A stretch of DNA of 64,000 bases, from positions 62,001 to 126,000 of the forward strand of contig JAQGDQ010000485.1 of NCBI GenBank assembly GCA_030141605.1, in the 5' to 3' direction. The position numbers were made by a program, and so were the translations under genes. Below the pieces are notes generated by a model. The model was not told the DNA's origin. It did not search any database and saw only the letters and a program-made list of their open reading frames with translations. Shown here in pieces: positions 1-12,809 of this stretch (position 1 is the stretch's first letter; each line of letters opens with the position of its first letter). This DNA comes from Tubiluchus corallicola. Taxonomy: Eukaryota; Animalia; Priapulida.

Positions 1-174
1 TCACTCCACGTGCAGACTAATGTGTAATATATAAGGTGCAAGTAAAACAACTGAAGTTACTGAACTGGTGTGGCATACGGCTTTGCTTTACATACCTGTC
101 ACACCACAGTTGTAGTTCAGATGCGTTGCTGTGGTACACTTAACCTTTGACCTACAGCAAGTGTGCGTGCACAC
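1..174. repeat. Interspersed repeat; inverted copy of 7905-8078, related to 8177-8330
   Basis: GTACACTTAACCTTTGACCTACAGCA here is the reverse complement of TGCTGTAGGTCAAAGGTTAAGTGTAC at ~7919 and of a near-identical stretch at ~8177; similarity extends over ~170 bp. Confidence 0.75.
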
Positions 175-624
175 CACGAAATTGTGAAAAAGCTCATTGT
201 TTCATAATGTCTACTTGATCACTTAAGAGTCTTATGGAAATGCCTAGAGTATGTCTGCGTATGGTCAAAATAAATGAAGATTTAAAAGGGAAAATAACAT
301 AATCACTCTGGTTAACTCATGTCAGATTAACTCTGGCTTTCTCTTAGTTCATCTCATCTAAAACCTCCTCGTTTCATCTTCCTTCTGATGCCCGATCTCA
401 TCATCTCTGGAAATTTCAGTTGTGCTGAGTTAACTTGATTGTAGGTCAAATAACATTTCACTTAACGTATGACGAAAATAAAATAAGCGTTCAAGAATGA
501 AAATTTATCGTCAAATTTTTCTTGTGAATTTGTACGGATTTTTTTTACGAGATTTTTACTTGGTATGGGATTTGGCATATATTTCATTACAGGGTCTCAA
601 TGATTGTGATTGGTTTGAATTGTA

Positions 625-1106
625 CAGTCCGCCTCGGATATAAGGGACACCTCGGGCTGGAAAAAACCTTCCGTGATATCCGATGTCCCTTAGAGCCGAA
701 GTTGAGTCAGGAGGCGGGTGTATCTAGACCTGTACTTTTTTGTACTTTTACCCATATTTTTATGGATTATTGCTACACATTCAATGCAAACGGTATGTAG
801 GAAGTTCCTTCAGTGATGCGAGATGTATGTGACCACAGAAACCGAGCTGTTCGAAGGCTGAGTTTGCGAAAAATTGAGGTGAAGAATCGATCAATTTCGC
901 TTTGATCACAGGGTTCCTTATATGCGAGGTAATTTACCTAGGTTTCTATTACGTAGGACCTGAAGATCTCGTCCCTTATAACCGAAAGTCCCTTATATCC
1001 GTGTACCTTATATACGAATATTTTTACATAGGAAAAGCGTTGCGAAAAATTGGGACCAGTGTTGGTGGTCCCTTATAAGCGACTACCTTATACCCGAGAT
1101 TGACTG
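625..1106. mobile_element. Tc1/mariner-pogo (Tigger-like) MITE
   Basis: TA on both flanks; imperfect TIRs CAGTCCGCCTCGGATATAAGG / CCTTATACCCGAGATTGACTG; second copy at ~9363-9815. Confidence 0.8.
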
Positions 1107-1405
1107 TATTAAGAGTATTGCAGATCCCAACTCCTTTCTGAGGATGATACTGTTGAAACAAAGACACAACTCTTAGTTATAATATGACCTATGTCAAGTA
1201 AGCTGTTCGTTTGTTGTTGCTGAGTATTTTATACATTCATTGCTTTATAATAGATACAGTTTGTTCTACATAAGTGCAGCACATCCAAATCAAGCCAGTG
1301 AATTAGGAGGGCTGCAGAGAGGACATGCAAACGTGAAAACAGTTCTAGAAAATAGATTTATTATAACTATTATGCTATTGATAGGTCTGTGAGGATGGCA
1401 TTCTT

Positions 1406-3009
1406 GATTCACGTGAGATTGTGCTTAACGTGAAGAATTGCTAGTAAAGATTTACTTGAGATTGTACTTAATGTGAAGAATTGCTTATAAAGATTTACGT
1501 GAGATTGCACTTAACGTGGAGAATTGCTTATAAAGATTTACGTGAGATTGCACTTAACGTGGAGAATTGCTAGTAAAGATTTACGTGAGATTGCGCTTAA
1601 CGTGGAGAATTGCTAGTAAAATTTACGTTGGATTGCGACTTAATGTGAAGAATTGCTAATAAAGATTTATGTTAGATTGTACTTAATGTGAGGAATTGCT
1701 AATAAAGATTTACGTGAGATTGTACTTAATGTGAAGAATTGCTAGTAAAGATTTACGTGAGATTGTACTTAATGTGAAGAATTGCTAATAAAGATTTACG
1801 TGAGATTGTACTTAATGTGAGGAATTGCTAATAAAGATTTACGTGAGATTGTACTTAACCTGAAGAATTGCTAGTAAAGATTTACGTGAGATTGTACTTA
1901 ATGTGAAGAATTGCTAATAAAGATTTACGTGAGATTGTACTTAACGTGAAGAATTGCTAATAAAGATTTACGTGAGATTGTACTTAACGTGAAGAATTGC
2001 TAGTAAAGATTTATGTGAGATTGTACTTAATGTGAAGAATTGCTAGTAAAGATTTACGTGAGATTGTACTTAATGTGAAGAATTGCTAGTAAAGATTTAC
2101 GTGAGATTGCGCTTAACGTGGAGAATTGCTAGTAAAGATTTACGTGGGATTGCGGCTTAATGTGAAGAATTGCTAATAAAGATTCACGTGAGATTGCGCT
2201 TAACGTGGAGAATTGCTAGTAAAGATTTATGTGGGATTGCGCTTAACGTGAAGAATTGCTAGTAAAATTTACGTGGGATTGCGGCTTAATGTGAAGAATT
2301 GCTAATAAAGATTTATGTGAGATTGTACTTAATGTGAAGAATTGCTAATAAAGATTTACGTGAGATTGTACTTAATGTGAAGAATTGCAAGTAAAGATTT
2401 ACGTGAGATTGTACTTAATGTGAAGAATTGCAAGTAAAGATTTACGTGAGATTGCGCTTAATGTGAAGAATTGCAAGTAAAGATTACGTGGGATTGCGCT
2501 TAACGTGAAGAATTGCTAGTAAAATTTACGTGGGATTGCGGCTTAATGTGAAGAATTGCTAATAAAGATTTTCGTGAGATTGTACTTAACACGAAGAATT
2601 GCTAGTAAAGATTTACTCGAGATTGTGCTTAACGTGAAGAATTGCTAATAAAGATTTACGTGAGATTGTGCTTAACGTGAAGAATTGCTAGTAAAGCTTT
2701 ACGTGAGATTGTGCTTAACGTGAAGAATTGCTAATAAAGATTTACGTGAGATTGTACTTAACACGAAGAATTGCTAGTAAAGATTTACGTGAGATGTGCT
2801 TAACGTGAAGAATTGCTAATAAAGATTTACGTGAGATTGTACTTAACACGAAGAATTGCTAGTAAAGATTTACGTGAGATTGTTCTTAACGTGAAGAATT
2901 GCTAATAAAGATTTACGTGAGATTGTGCTTAACGTGAAGAATTGCTAATAAAGATTTACGTGAGATTGTACTTAACATAAAGAATTGCTAGTAAAGCTTT
3001 ACGTGAGAT
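1406..3009. repeat. Tandem array, 43-bp unit, ~37 copies
   Basis: Unit GATTTACGTGAGATTGTACTTAATGTGAAGAATTGCTAGTAAA; period 43 measured (1750 to 1793); units vary by point substitutions. Confidence 0.97.
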
Positions 3010-3495
3010 AGTAAGGATTTCCAGAGATAAGAAGCATTTGCCAGAAAAACTGGATTTCTAAGCGACTGTACTGCAACTTATAGTGCAAAAATAAAAACCG
3101 CAGCACCAAAATGATTAAGCAAGATACTCCAAGCACGTTTGTCAGCATTTACGAAGCAATGATGAGAGATCCCGAGACCACATCATCCGTTAAAATAGCA
3201 ATAATTCATTGTATATCAATGTTATGGTTTTGTAATCTGTCAAGTGGATTAAGGTAACAGATTGAATGGCTGAAGGGCCAGCGCTGACTTGGCTGTAGTA
3301 AACCATGCAATCATACAGTACAATTTTCACACGAGGCACAGCATTTCCTAAAGCAATACAATTTTCATCAAAGTGACTTTGTAAAACTTGGTGTAATAGC
3401 ATATGTAACATGTAACAAATGGACACATTTTGTAAATTAATAAGCTGTGTGCATTTTAGGTTCAAACTGCGGAATAAATTGTTGAACAAAGCAAC

Positions 3496-3888
3496 ATGGA
3501 GCCAACGATCTACTTCAAATGTACAGCTTGTTCCGAATGTTTTATGTCAGAGGACGTCTTTTTTGCGCACACCCGTACATGGCATTGTAAGATACTCATT
3601 AGTGAAGGCCAAGGTGAAGAGTCTGCTTGCACCGAATACGCAACCACTGCCAAAGAAGGACTTGATGCTGTTGGTCGTGAAGTTGTTGTTGATTGTGATA
3701 GTAACAGAAGTGCATATGAAACTCGAAGTGAGCACAATGTTAGTTCTGATGCTTTTCTCGTAAAAAGTAGTTTTGCCGATGTTCATATTAAGGTGGAACC
3801 TGGATCGGAATTAGGCAACAATTGCGCACCGTACGGTATGAACATGGATGAAATGATATGCGCACAAAGCAGTGGTGATGTTGCTTTG

Positions 3889-3921
<33 letters not shown>

Positions 3922-4413
3922 AATGACAAGGAGGAGTATGAAACTGCTCGGTTGCCTAGCTCCTTGCCGCAGCCACCGTACACTCGGCAGAAATCATTTC
4001 AAACTGGCCGTGTACGAAAACCTCGTTCGCAACAATTTACTAAGCATGTGCCAACTGCAAGTCGTCGCGAAGAAACAAAGACCTTTAGAAGTCATTTACC
4101 AAGCACTCTGATTGTGCAAGCAGGTACAGAACGGCCTGCTGATGGGAAACCAAGAAAGCAGTCGGCTTTCATCTGCCGATACTGCAGAAAAGCTTTTAAG
4201 TCGTCTACGAATCTTCGACGCCACGAACGCGTTCACACCGGTGAAAGACCGTTCGTCTGTTACGTATGTTCAAAATGCTTCACAGATAAGTACGACCTAA
4301 AGACCCACATGAGGACCCACACAGGGGAAAAACCTTATGTGTGCTGCGTTTGCCAAAGAGCCTTCACCCAGTCCAGCCACTTGAGCACTCACATGAAGAC
4401 GCACCGTGATTGA
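3496..4413 (+). CDS. C2H2 zinc-finger protein, array copy 1 (N-terminal zinc module, poly-Asp tract, 3 fingers)
   Basis: 305-aa ORF; three CxxC...HxxxH fingers with TGERP/TGEKP linkers; acceptor TGCATTTTAG ending at 3459. Confidence 0.93.
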
Positions 4414-4438
4414 AGAGTATGGTTATACAACTGTACAC

Positions 4439-4919
4439 CGGGGGTGTGCAAATTATGTGACTAGCCGGGCCACGTTAAACTTTCCCGCAATTCCTGCGGG
4501 CCACAGGCAGTTTGATCAAGGAGCCAAGTACAGAAAGGCCTAATAACGATTTTTTTTGCATCCGACCTGCGTACATCATTACTACTACACTCAAGAAACT
4601 ATTTTAGAAGTTATTAAAATTTATATTACAAACCGTGTATTTCTACTTTCAGGACAGATAGTGGTAATTTCATTACAATGCATATTAGTAATGTGTATCA
4701 CACAGTCTGTGTAGTACAGTGACATCAAGCTTCAACCGTCTTGTAAGGGTTATTGGCATCCAATCTAGTAGAAAAAAATACCTGCATTAACTTTGGGATG
4801 GCGGCACGGACTTCAGCTGGATACACTCAATTAATCGTCTGGGCCGCACTTTCATTATGCTGACAAATCTCTTCGCGGGCTGCACAAATCCCCTGCAAGC
4901 CGCAATTTGCACACCCCTG
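4439..4919. mobile_element. hAT-type MITE in the 3' region of ZNF copy 1
   Basis: TIRs C(G/A)GGGGTGTGCAAATT; perfect 8-bp TSD CTGTACAC (4431-4438 and 4920-4927); same family at 33790-34270. Confidence 0.9.
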
Positions 4920-5277
4920 CTGTACACTATCAAGTACAATGCAAATTATATCTTAGATTGAATGAATTGTTGGCAAGGACTGTAATCTGCTTAATGTTTA
5001 TTAGACTGCCTACTTGACTTGAAATTATTTAACACAAGAATTAATTACCTATTCCATATCCAGGATGACATCTGTTTGTACACCTTTGTTTCTGCCATTT
5101 GTGAGTTGTCTGTAATCTAAGGGTCAGATAATGGTCTTCGTGTGTCCATTTTATGGCAACTTCTTAGTTTTTTCTGTTGGTCAACTGAAATAGACGCAAC
5201 TAATCTCTCTTCACCCTGATTTTTTCTTATTCATTCTAAAAACAAACAGAAAACTTAGTAGCTACTTATAGCAGCAG

Positions 5278-6285
5278 ATTTGATTTGATTTGATTTAACG
5301 CTTTATTTCGAATCAAAATTCATATTTACACGGACAAAATAAAAAACAAACATAGAAAATACATGTGCATCACAATTACACTTTATCTACAACATTACAT
5401 ACTACATGATGATGATGATGACGTTCGTCCTTCGAATCGAAGATTACCATAGTGACAGGGATAAAAGGTCAGTTTGGGGGGTTGTCGTTCCTTTGATGAG
5501 CTCGAAGGTGACTGACTAGGCCAAGTCTGGCCTGGAAACTTCTTTGGCATTTGGCTCAGGTGAGTCTGGGTGCTTGGACCTGTTGTTGTGTCACATGCCT
5601 TGCGTCTCTTGCGCTTCTCCTCTGCCTCCTCAATTCTTTTCGCCTCTGCTGTCTTAGCCCCTGTGGTGATGGCACTCCGCCATGCTGAGCGATCTTGTGC
5701 AAGGGTTTCCATTGAGCGGATATCCATGCTGAGCTCCTTGAGTGAGGCCTTCAGGCTGTTTTTGAAGCGTTTCTTTGGTCGTCCAACCTTTCTCTTTCCA
5801 GACACAAGTTCTCCATAGACCATCATCTCTATACTACATAGTACATACACAGAAGATAAATTACTATCCAGCTATGCTTAGCACCAGAATATGCCTAACT
5901 ATAATTTCGATATAACAAGATCCTCTACCGTCTTCTAATGTCAAAAATGAAAGCCACTTCACTTTCAGTTAAATCTTTTATTAATGAATTTCTACTAGGT
6001 GTTATTCTTAAGTACAAACTGTAAGCCATTTTCCTATGCATAACGTCAAAATATGTAACTTTATGATTTACTGAAAATATTTTAGCACTCTCATCGTACG
6101 AATAAGTGACTAGTTTCCGTTTAGAGATGTTATTTAACCTAAGTTTAGTTAAACTGTACTTATAAAAATGTCGCCATGTTGCCATACTATAGAATGAATT
6201 ACAATACGAGTTTTAACGCTTATTCTCAAGATGCTGTTTGCTCTAACATAGTAAATACTTCTTTATCTAATAATATCAATGTGAT
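5278..6285 (-). mobile_element. Degraded non-LTR retrotransposon 3' remnant (clade uncertain), interrupted by an RTE insertion
   Basis: Minus-strand AATAAA followed by an (AAATC)n tail at 5278-5308; ORF 5925-6185 (SAKIFSVNHKVTYFDVMHRKMAYSLYLRITPSRNSLIK) resembles a LINE ORF2 C-terminus. Confidence 0.55.
5408..5830 (-). mobile_element. 5'-truncated RTE-clade LINE
   Basis: Peptide YGELVSGKRKVGRPKKRFKNSLKASLK...LAQDRSAWRSAI is typical of the RTE ORF C-terminus; (CAT)n tail; TSD ATACTACAT at 5399-5407 and 5831-5839. Confidence 0.88.
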
Positions 6286-7038
6286 CTGTTGGTGTCAAGC
6301 AATTTAATCTAGCATTCTATCATCATTTGTTTTCTTTTCGTATTTTTACAAACATGCATTTCCTGAAAGTGTTTAAAACGAAGCCAGCCTTAGTCATGTG
6401 ACGTAAGCTTTAGTAGTATACGCCATCTATCAATCACAGTTGTTTTTACACGTAGTTAGATTTTCTGTTGCCGCTATGCTGATCATGCCGTTTGGTGATA
6501 CTTGCATTGCTTTTTCTATTTTGTTACAATTTAACAGTCACTAGTTGTATTTTCAAGCCAAAGATGTCACCAGTAAATGCAAGTCACCATCTACTTTAAT
6601 AATTAGTTAATAGTTTAATTTGGTTAGAATTGCTTCAAATCTCTAGAATCATAAAGAAATAATTTGTGTTTCAGTCTTCTTAAATCTAACTTTTCATTTT
6701 GTCTAAATAGTAATAACCTTTAGCACATTCTTAAGCACTTTTTGTGATCTGTTATTTTAATAAATTGCAGGTCTATTGCGCAGTTCAAATAACTGATTTT
6801 TGCCGTTTCTTTGCCTGGACTGGGTGCATCCACAGTCATCTCTATTATCTCTGGAAACTATGTGGCCAAGATACTTCTCTGTTTCGCACTTGTTGTATGT
6901 TTCTTACTAGTAAGGAGAGGCAAAACATACGGAGACAATGTTATTTTGGAATTATGTGGCAAGTTTTGCCACTAATGTAGCTATTTTTTACTTTGCAAAA
7001 TTATTATCATGTAATTTTAGGTACCGACTGAAGGGTAA

Positions 7039-7863
7039 ATGGCTGAAATTACCATGGAACGTACGATCTACTACAAATGTACAGCCTGTTCTGAATGTTT
7101 CATGTCAGAGGACATTTTCTTTGCGCACACCCGTACCTGGCACTGTAAAATACTAATTAGTGAAGGTCAGGATGCAGAGGCGTCTACGGAGGAGGAAAAT
7201 TCAGTGTGTCCAGAGAAATTTCTTAGTGTGGCTGACGGTAATTGCTTCTTGGTGTCAGACATGGTTGCAGACAACATCTGGGTTGATCATACAGTCGAAA
7301 GTACTCCATCCGTAGACTTGGATTCAGAGCAGTTAGGAAGTGGATTTGTTAAAAGTGAACCATCGCCTGACTTAGAAGAGAAATTTGACATTTACAGTAT
7401 GAATACACAGAGCTGTGGTACATCGGGTAATAATCAGTTGACGACAGGTAAATCCACACCTGATCTATCCGTGTTTCCTTTCAATATGCCATCCCCAACG
7501 TACATTCAGCAGAAGCCACATGGAATGCATCGTTCACAAAGAAAAATCTTATCAAGTCTACGGAAGAAATCAAAAATTGCGCTCTCCAGGAAATCTTCGT
7601 CGTCTGCAGGCCATTCAACGAAAGCGAGAATTCTTCCGACTCTTGCGGACGAGCCCGTGGAAGGGCAGATAATAAAAGAATCTGCTTATTTCTGTCGATT
7701 TTGCAGAAGAGCATTCAGCCGACCTGCGCACGTTAGACGACACGAACGAATTCACACGGGTGAAAAACCTTTTGTGTGCGCAGTTTGTCAGCGTGGCTTC
7801 AGTCAATTGTGTAACTTGAAGGGTCACATGAGGACACATGATTTGAAAGACGTCACAACTTAA
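7039..7863 (+). CDS. C2H2 zinc-finger protein, array copy 2 (2 fingers)
   Basis: 274-aa ORF with the conserved N-terminal module and two fingers; acceptor ATGTAATTTTAG ending at 7020. Confidence 0.92.
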   Translation: MAEITMERTIYYKCTACSECFMSEDIFFAHTRTWHCKILISEGQDAEASTEEENSVCPEKFLSVADGNCFLVSDMVADNIWVDHTVESTPSVDLDSEQLGSGFVKSEPSPDLEEKFDIYSMNTQSCGTSGNNQLTTGKSTPDLSVFPFNMPSPTYIQQKPHGMHRSQRKILSSLRKKSKIALSRKSSSSAGHSTKARILPTLADEPVEGQIIKESAYFCRFCRRAFSRPAHVRRHERIHTGEKPFVCAVCQRGFSQLCNLKGHMRTHDLKDVTT

Positions 7864-7904
7864 GCAAAGATTCGTCTTTAATATGACTTTTCACAGTTAC
7901 GTTG

Positions 7905-8330
7905 TGCGCACACTCAGTTGCTGTAGGTCAAAGGTTAAGTGTACCGCAGCAATGTGTCTTAACTACAACCGCAATGTGATGTGTTTGTAAAGCAAAGTCG
8001 TCTGCTACATTAGTTCAGTAGCTTCAGTTGTTATAAGTGTACTGTAACTTGTATATTATACAGACACGTGCAGGTGAGGATCTCGTCCACCCAGTAGTCC
8101 ACCCCTAGACAGCTGTCCACCCCTCACTTAATCTTGTCCACTATAAGGTGGACTGTCCACCCAGGTTGAATAGCACTGCTGTAGGTCAAAGGTTAAGCGT
8201 ACCACAGCAACGCATCTAGGCCTAACTACAATCGTCATGTGACATGTGGGAAACGCAAAACAGCAGTTCGATACCTTCAGTTGTCTTACTTGGACTTTAC
8301 TTGATTATGCACTGGTCTGGGTGCAGAGTG
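7905..8330. repeat. Two copies of the repeat seen at 1-174, separated by a GTCCAC-rich MITE-end fragment
   Basis: TGCTGTAGGTCAAAGGTTAAG at ~7919 and ~8177; five GTCCAC motifs at 8085-8160. Confidence 0.65.
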
Positions 8331-9362
8331 ATTTACTACCAGGATCTTGCTTGGGAAGAAAAAATGAACTAGGTAACATTCTAGCTAGGTGTTAAAACTG
8401 TTACTATTACAATAGCATGGGCTGTGAGGCATTGTTAGATGTACACAAATGCGTTGTCTGATACACTTAACCTTTAACCTTTTCGTGATCATCATCAATC
8501 GCTGGAACTGTGAAAGGCTGATAGATTGTTACGAACCATAAATGCGCTCAAAAGTTCGTCAAAGAATCATTTTATAACATGGCTGCCGGTATTGCCATCA
8601 ACTAATGATAATAACTGCTGGAACATTTCGTTTTTAATACAATTACTTCAAATTTTGTCAAAATATTTTATGAGAATGGTTTTGTTTAATTTTATTGGCT
8701 TCTGTATATTGACTGCAAGTAAAATAATTCGTTGTATTGGTTGTGTGAAGCTGATTATTGAAGCTTTAGGAATAGCAAAACTATGAAGAGTCAGACTATA
8801 AAACTACACGTTTATTAAACTTCAAACACAATGAATATAACAGATAGTAATGCTAAGCCCCCTGATCTAGCCTGCTCTCCTTCAGCTCCCAGACTCAATC
8901 CCCTGAGCTGGGCGCATCACAAGGCTTACATCTCGTGCGCCTACGCTTCGGTTCTGAATCGCTTCCTCACATGACACCACACCTTAACTGGGCTTCATAC
9001 CAGCATTCATCAGCATAATTATCTATCATAATGTAAAGCTTTTAACATAATTTAACAGGCTCTCTTTACTCCGCATTTTAAATGTTATCATTAATATGAG
9101 CACAGATACCTTGCTAGATGTTGCATTTTAATGACTTAGTAACCGGTTTGTTTTTGGGTCTTTAACTGAATTTGAATTTAGACTGAATTTTTCTTAAAAA
9201 TGGGAGTATGAAAAACCCATTCCAAATTTCTTGTTCAAAATATCGATAATTTATAGGTAACTAATAGAAAATAAGCTCAGCTGTAAAAGATCAATTCTTA
9301 TCTTATCTTAGCGAAATTAAAGTTTTCAACCATGTGTACAATATTTTGACTCAATAATAATA

Positions 9363-9815
9363 ATGTCAACTTCGGATATAAGGGACACCTCGGGACCGGA
9401 ATTAACCGTCCCTTATATCCTATGTCCCTTAAAGCCCAAATTGAGTCAGACCGAGGATGTATCTAGACCTGTGCTTTTACCCATATTTTTATGGATTATT
9501 GCTACACATTCAGTGCAAACGGTACGTAGGAAGCTCCTTCAGTGATGCAAGATGTATGTGACCTCGGAAACTGAGCTGTTCGAAGGCCGAGTTTGCGAAA
9601 AATTGAGGTTAAAAATCGATCAAATTCACTTTGATCATAGGGTGCCTTATATGCGAGGTAATTTACCTGGGTTTCTATTACACCTGAAGATGTCGTCCCT
9701 TGTAACCAAAAGTCCCTTATATACGAAGATTTTTACATAGGAAAAACGTTACAAAAAATCAGGACCAGTGTTGGTAGTCCCTTATAAGCGAATACCTTAC
9801 ACCCGAGGTTGATTA
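9363..9815. mobile_element. Tigger-like MITE, second copy
   Basis: Collinear with 625-1106 (CGGATATAAGGGACACCTCGGG...CCCTTATAAGCG). Confidence 0.8.
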
Positions 9816-10329
9816 TATTATGCATATTTGTCACATATGACAATATTAATGAAATGTTCAAAAATTTCATTTTAGCATAAGGCCCTAGGCCACCCACCAT
9901 GAGGGGGGCTCCCACCAATATAGACTGTGATGATATGTGTATACTGAATATAGGCATTGCCATTTTAAAGAAAGGACTCATACAATGAAGGATTTCCTAA
10001 CTAAAAGTGTCCTATTTATATTATTTGGCTTTTGGTTACTAGTCTGTGGTCTATGCAATAGGGGGAGTTGGAAAGGGAATCTCCCTTTCAAGCGGGACTC
10101 AGGCCTCCCACATGCTTGATCCAGCCCTGGTCAATGAAAATTCAGGCTTTATCGTTTAACACAGCTGCTTTGTTGTACGGGAATATATCACTTTGTGGTT
10201 TCTGTTGTATTTTCAAAATTATTTCTGGGCCTTCTGGTATATTTTTGACATTTTTGTTAGTTATAACATTAGTCTGCGAAACAATTACAAAATTTACTAC
10301 GCTCGTGTTAAGTGAGATGAGATCACCAC

Positions 10330-10653
10330 AGTGTGTGCTGACGCAATCAGAATGGTCACGTGACCGGCGATTGTTTCGGCGTGCACGAGTTTGCAGGAGA
10401 CGAGTGTGAAAAAGCGAACATGGCTTGGTTAGATTACTTGTGTTATAGAAAGTTTGTTTGTGAAATTGTCATAGAAGTTCTTGTTTCACACCGCAAGTTG
10501 TGTAATACAGAAGATATCAATATACAAATTTTTGTGGCAAGTTTCCACTGTTTACGATTTTTGATCTACAAGTAAATTATTGATAATTAGCACTGAAGCT
10601 TGTGCGAAGTGACAGGGCATCGCCACACAGTTTACTATATCTTGTCCGTAAGT
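10330..10653 (+). promoter_or_regulatory. Candidate promoter and upstream exon ending at a strong splice donor
   Basis: CpG-richer patch with TGACGCAAT and palindromic GGTCACGTGACC (E-box), followed by donor GTAAGT at 10648; inference only. Confidence 0.35.
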
Positions 10654-11082
10654 ATGGTCACGAGTTATGATGTAATCTTATAAGGTACTTATTCTAATCA
10701 ATCTAATGTTTAGACTTTGGTAAAACTAAATACTTGTAGTCCGTACCCATTTTAAAATGAAATAAATGATTAAAAACTGGAAACTCATAATTTTGTATTA
10801 TTTTTTATATTGATCAGCTTCTCAAGGTAGTGACGAAATATTGGCAAGGAAAACTCATCATTAATTTTGATAAATTAGAGAGCAGTGAGAGCTCACTATC
10901 AAACGTTGCAATTTTATTAGCACATTAAGGGTTAAGCTGATTTTTCTGGAAAGTATCTCAGAAAATGTGAATTTATGTAATTTAAGCCTTTCATTAGGTA
11001 GATAGAAGTTAAAACGCATACTGTCTTAAATATGAGTATTTGAAAATGATTTTTTTTGTAATTTTTGTGCTGTGCATTTTAG

Positions 11083-11168
11083 GTTTTGATTGAGAAATCA
11101 ATCGTTGACGAGCTGAACTAATTCAAACGACATGGGAGCCAACAATTTACTTCAAATGTACAGCCTGT
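11083..11168 (+). pseudogene. Displaced, decayed original 5' end of ZNF copy 3
   Basis: Acceptor TGTGCATTTTAG, then ATGGGAGCCAACAATTTACTTCAAATGTACAGCCTGT (MEPTIYFKCTAC with a 1-nt insertion), cut off at 11168 by the copied cassette. Confidence 0.85.
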
Positions 11169-11521
11169 ATAAACTGTACTTATAAAAACGTCGCCATGTT
11201 GCCATACTATAGAATGAATTACAATACGAATTGAATGCTATTTGTACAATGATAAAATTTTCTCAAGATGCTGTTTGCTCTAACATAGTAAATACTTCTT
11301 TATCTAATAATGTCAATGTCGTCCCTATTATCTCTGGAAACTATGTGGCCAAGATACTTCTCTGTTTCGCACTTGTTGTATGTTTCTTACTAGTGAGCAG
11401 AGGCAAAAAATACGGAGACAATGTTATTTTGGAATTATGTGGCAAGTTTTGTCACTTATGTAGCTTTTTTTTACTTTACAAAATTATTATCATGTAATTT
11501 TAGGTACAGACTGACGGGTAA

Positions 11522-12463
11522 ATGGCTGAAATCACCATGGAACCTACGATCTACTACAAATGTACAGCCTGTTCTGAATGTTTCATGTCAGAGGACATTT
11601 TCTTTGCGCACACCCGTACCTGGCACTGTAAAATACTCGTTAGTGAAGGTCAGGATGCTGATGTTTCCATGCACAATAGCTTCCCAGTTCCCGTGTTGTC
11701 TGCCTTTAATGTTTCTTGTGAAGCAGGCGACATTTCTGCTGTTGATGATAGAAGTGGATATGGTATCTCCATTAGCAATTCTGATGTTATAGATGGCAGT
11801 CATAATGAAAGTGTTATAAAGGCCGAGCCAGTCTCTCAATTGGACGATGGCTTTGCAACAGATTATGTGAGTATTAGTAAAATGGCATGTGCAGAAAGTG
11901 ACGCGGAAACTTTGGACACCGACGTGTTTCGTGTTGGTGAACATAGCAGCTGTGCTAGAAGAAATCAGAAAGAGCCGGAGAAGCCCTCTCACAGCTTTTC
12001 ACCTGGAGAACAGTACGTTGAGCAGGAAAAATTTAAAATGTACTGTGGGCAAACTGTCCCGCCCTCATTAAAGGGGACGCCAGCTAGATATCTTTTGAAA
12101 GAACCTAAGGTTTCTGGAAGTAGCAAGAAAACGTCATCCAGAGGACGCCTTACAAAAATAGGAAATTTGCAGCTCGGTAAAAAAGTAGCTTTAAAGGGAA
12201 GGCCATCTAAGCAGTCTGCTTACTTTTGTCGTTTTTGCAGGAAAGCATTCAATTCGGCATTTAAGGTTGAACAGCATGAGCGAATTCACACCGGCGAAAA
12301 ACCCTATTCTTGTATTATGTGTAAAAAACAGTTTAACGTTGAGTGCAACCTCAGAGCACACATGAGAATTCACACTGGAGGCAAACCTTTTGAGTGTTCT
12401 CTTTGTCATAAGAAGTTTTATCGCCATGACAGGTTAAAAAACCACATGAACACACATCTTTGA
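11522..12463 (+). CDS. C2H2 zinc-finger protein, array copy 3 (3 fingers)
   Basis: 313-aa ORF with the conserved N-terminal module and three fingers; acceptor ending at 11503. Confidence 0.93.
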   Translation: MAEITMEPTIYYKCTACSECFMSEDIFFAHTRTWHCKILVSEGQDADVSMHNSFPVPVLSAFNVSCEAGDISAVDDRSGYGISISNSDVIDGSHNESVIKAEPVSQLDDGFATDYVSISKMACAESDAETLDTDVFRVGEHSSCARRNQKEPEKPSHSFSPGEQYVEQEKFKMYCGQTVPPSLKGTPARYLLKEPKVSGSSKKTSSRGRLTKIGNLQLGKKVALKGRPSKQSAYFCRFCRKAFNSAFKVEQHERIHTGEKPYSCIMCKKQFNVECNLRAHMRIHTGGKPFECSLCHKKFYRHDRLKNHMNTHL

Positions 12464-12809
12464 TGGTTAGTTTTCAAAAGGTGCAGAAGTTTGAATTTCT
12501 TGACTTGTGTTATCGTTTACCTCGTGCATCAAGATTGTACATATTACCCTCGTGCGTAAAGATTGTACATCTTTTTAACAATTGTTTAACCAAAACAGTT
12601 TTTAAGTTGTATTGATTACTGATTGTTTTACAATCGTCCTGTTTTTGACGGAATAGCAGATCTATTATATTTCGAGCCCCTTGCAGGGATGAGAATTTTC
12701 CGCGGATACGCGGAATTCCGAGTTCTTGGAAGACCAGTAGTGCCATTTTTGTAAGTCGCGTAAATTCGTTGAGAACGTTTTTATGGACCCTGTACATTAT
12801 TTCACAAAC

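Noticed and set aside
1406-3009. CRISPR-like appearance of the 43-bp array (and of the 56-bp array at 63157-64000)
   Set aside because: Units are head-to-tail with no unique spacers, there are no cas genes, and the context is eukaryotic.
3872-4111. Poly-Met ORF
   Set aside because: It is the alternative frame of the (GAT)n poly-Asp tract in ZNF copy 1.
7021-7041. Stop-codon readthrough fusing an upstream ORF to the ZNF
   Set aside because: In frame for copies 1-4 only; spacers of 17, 19 and 28 nt in copies 5-7 are out of frame.
3419-11792. Overlapping alternative-frame ORFs across the conserved module (3419-3763, 6938-7156, 11421-11792) as a dual-coding region or frameshift fusion
   Set aside because: Stops fall at different places, the phase relative to the acceptor is not kept in copies 4-7, and substitutions are synonymous in the ZNF frame.
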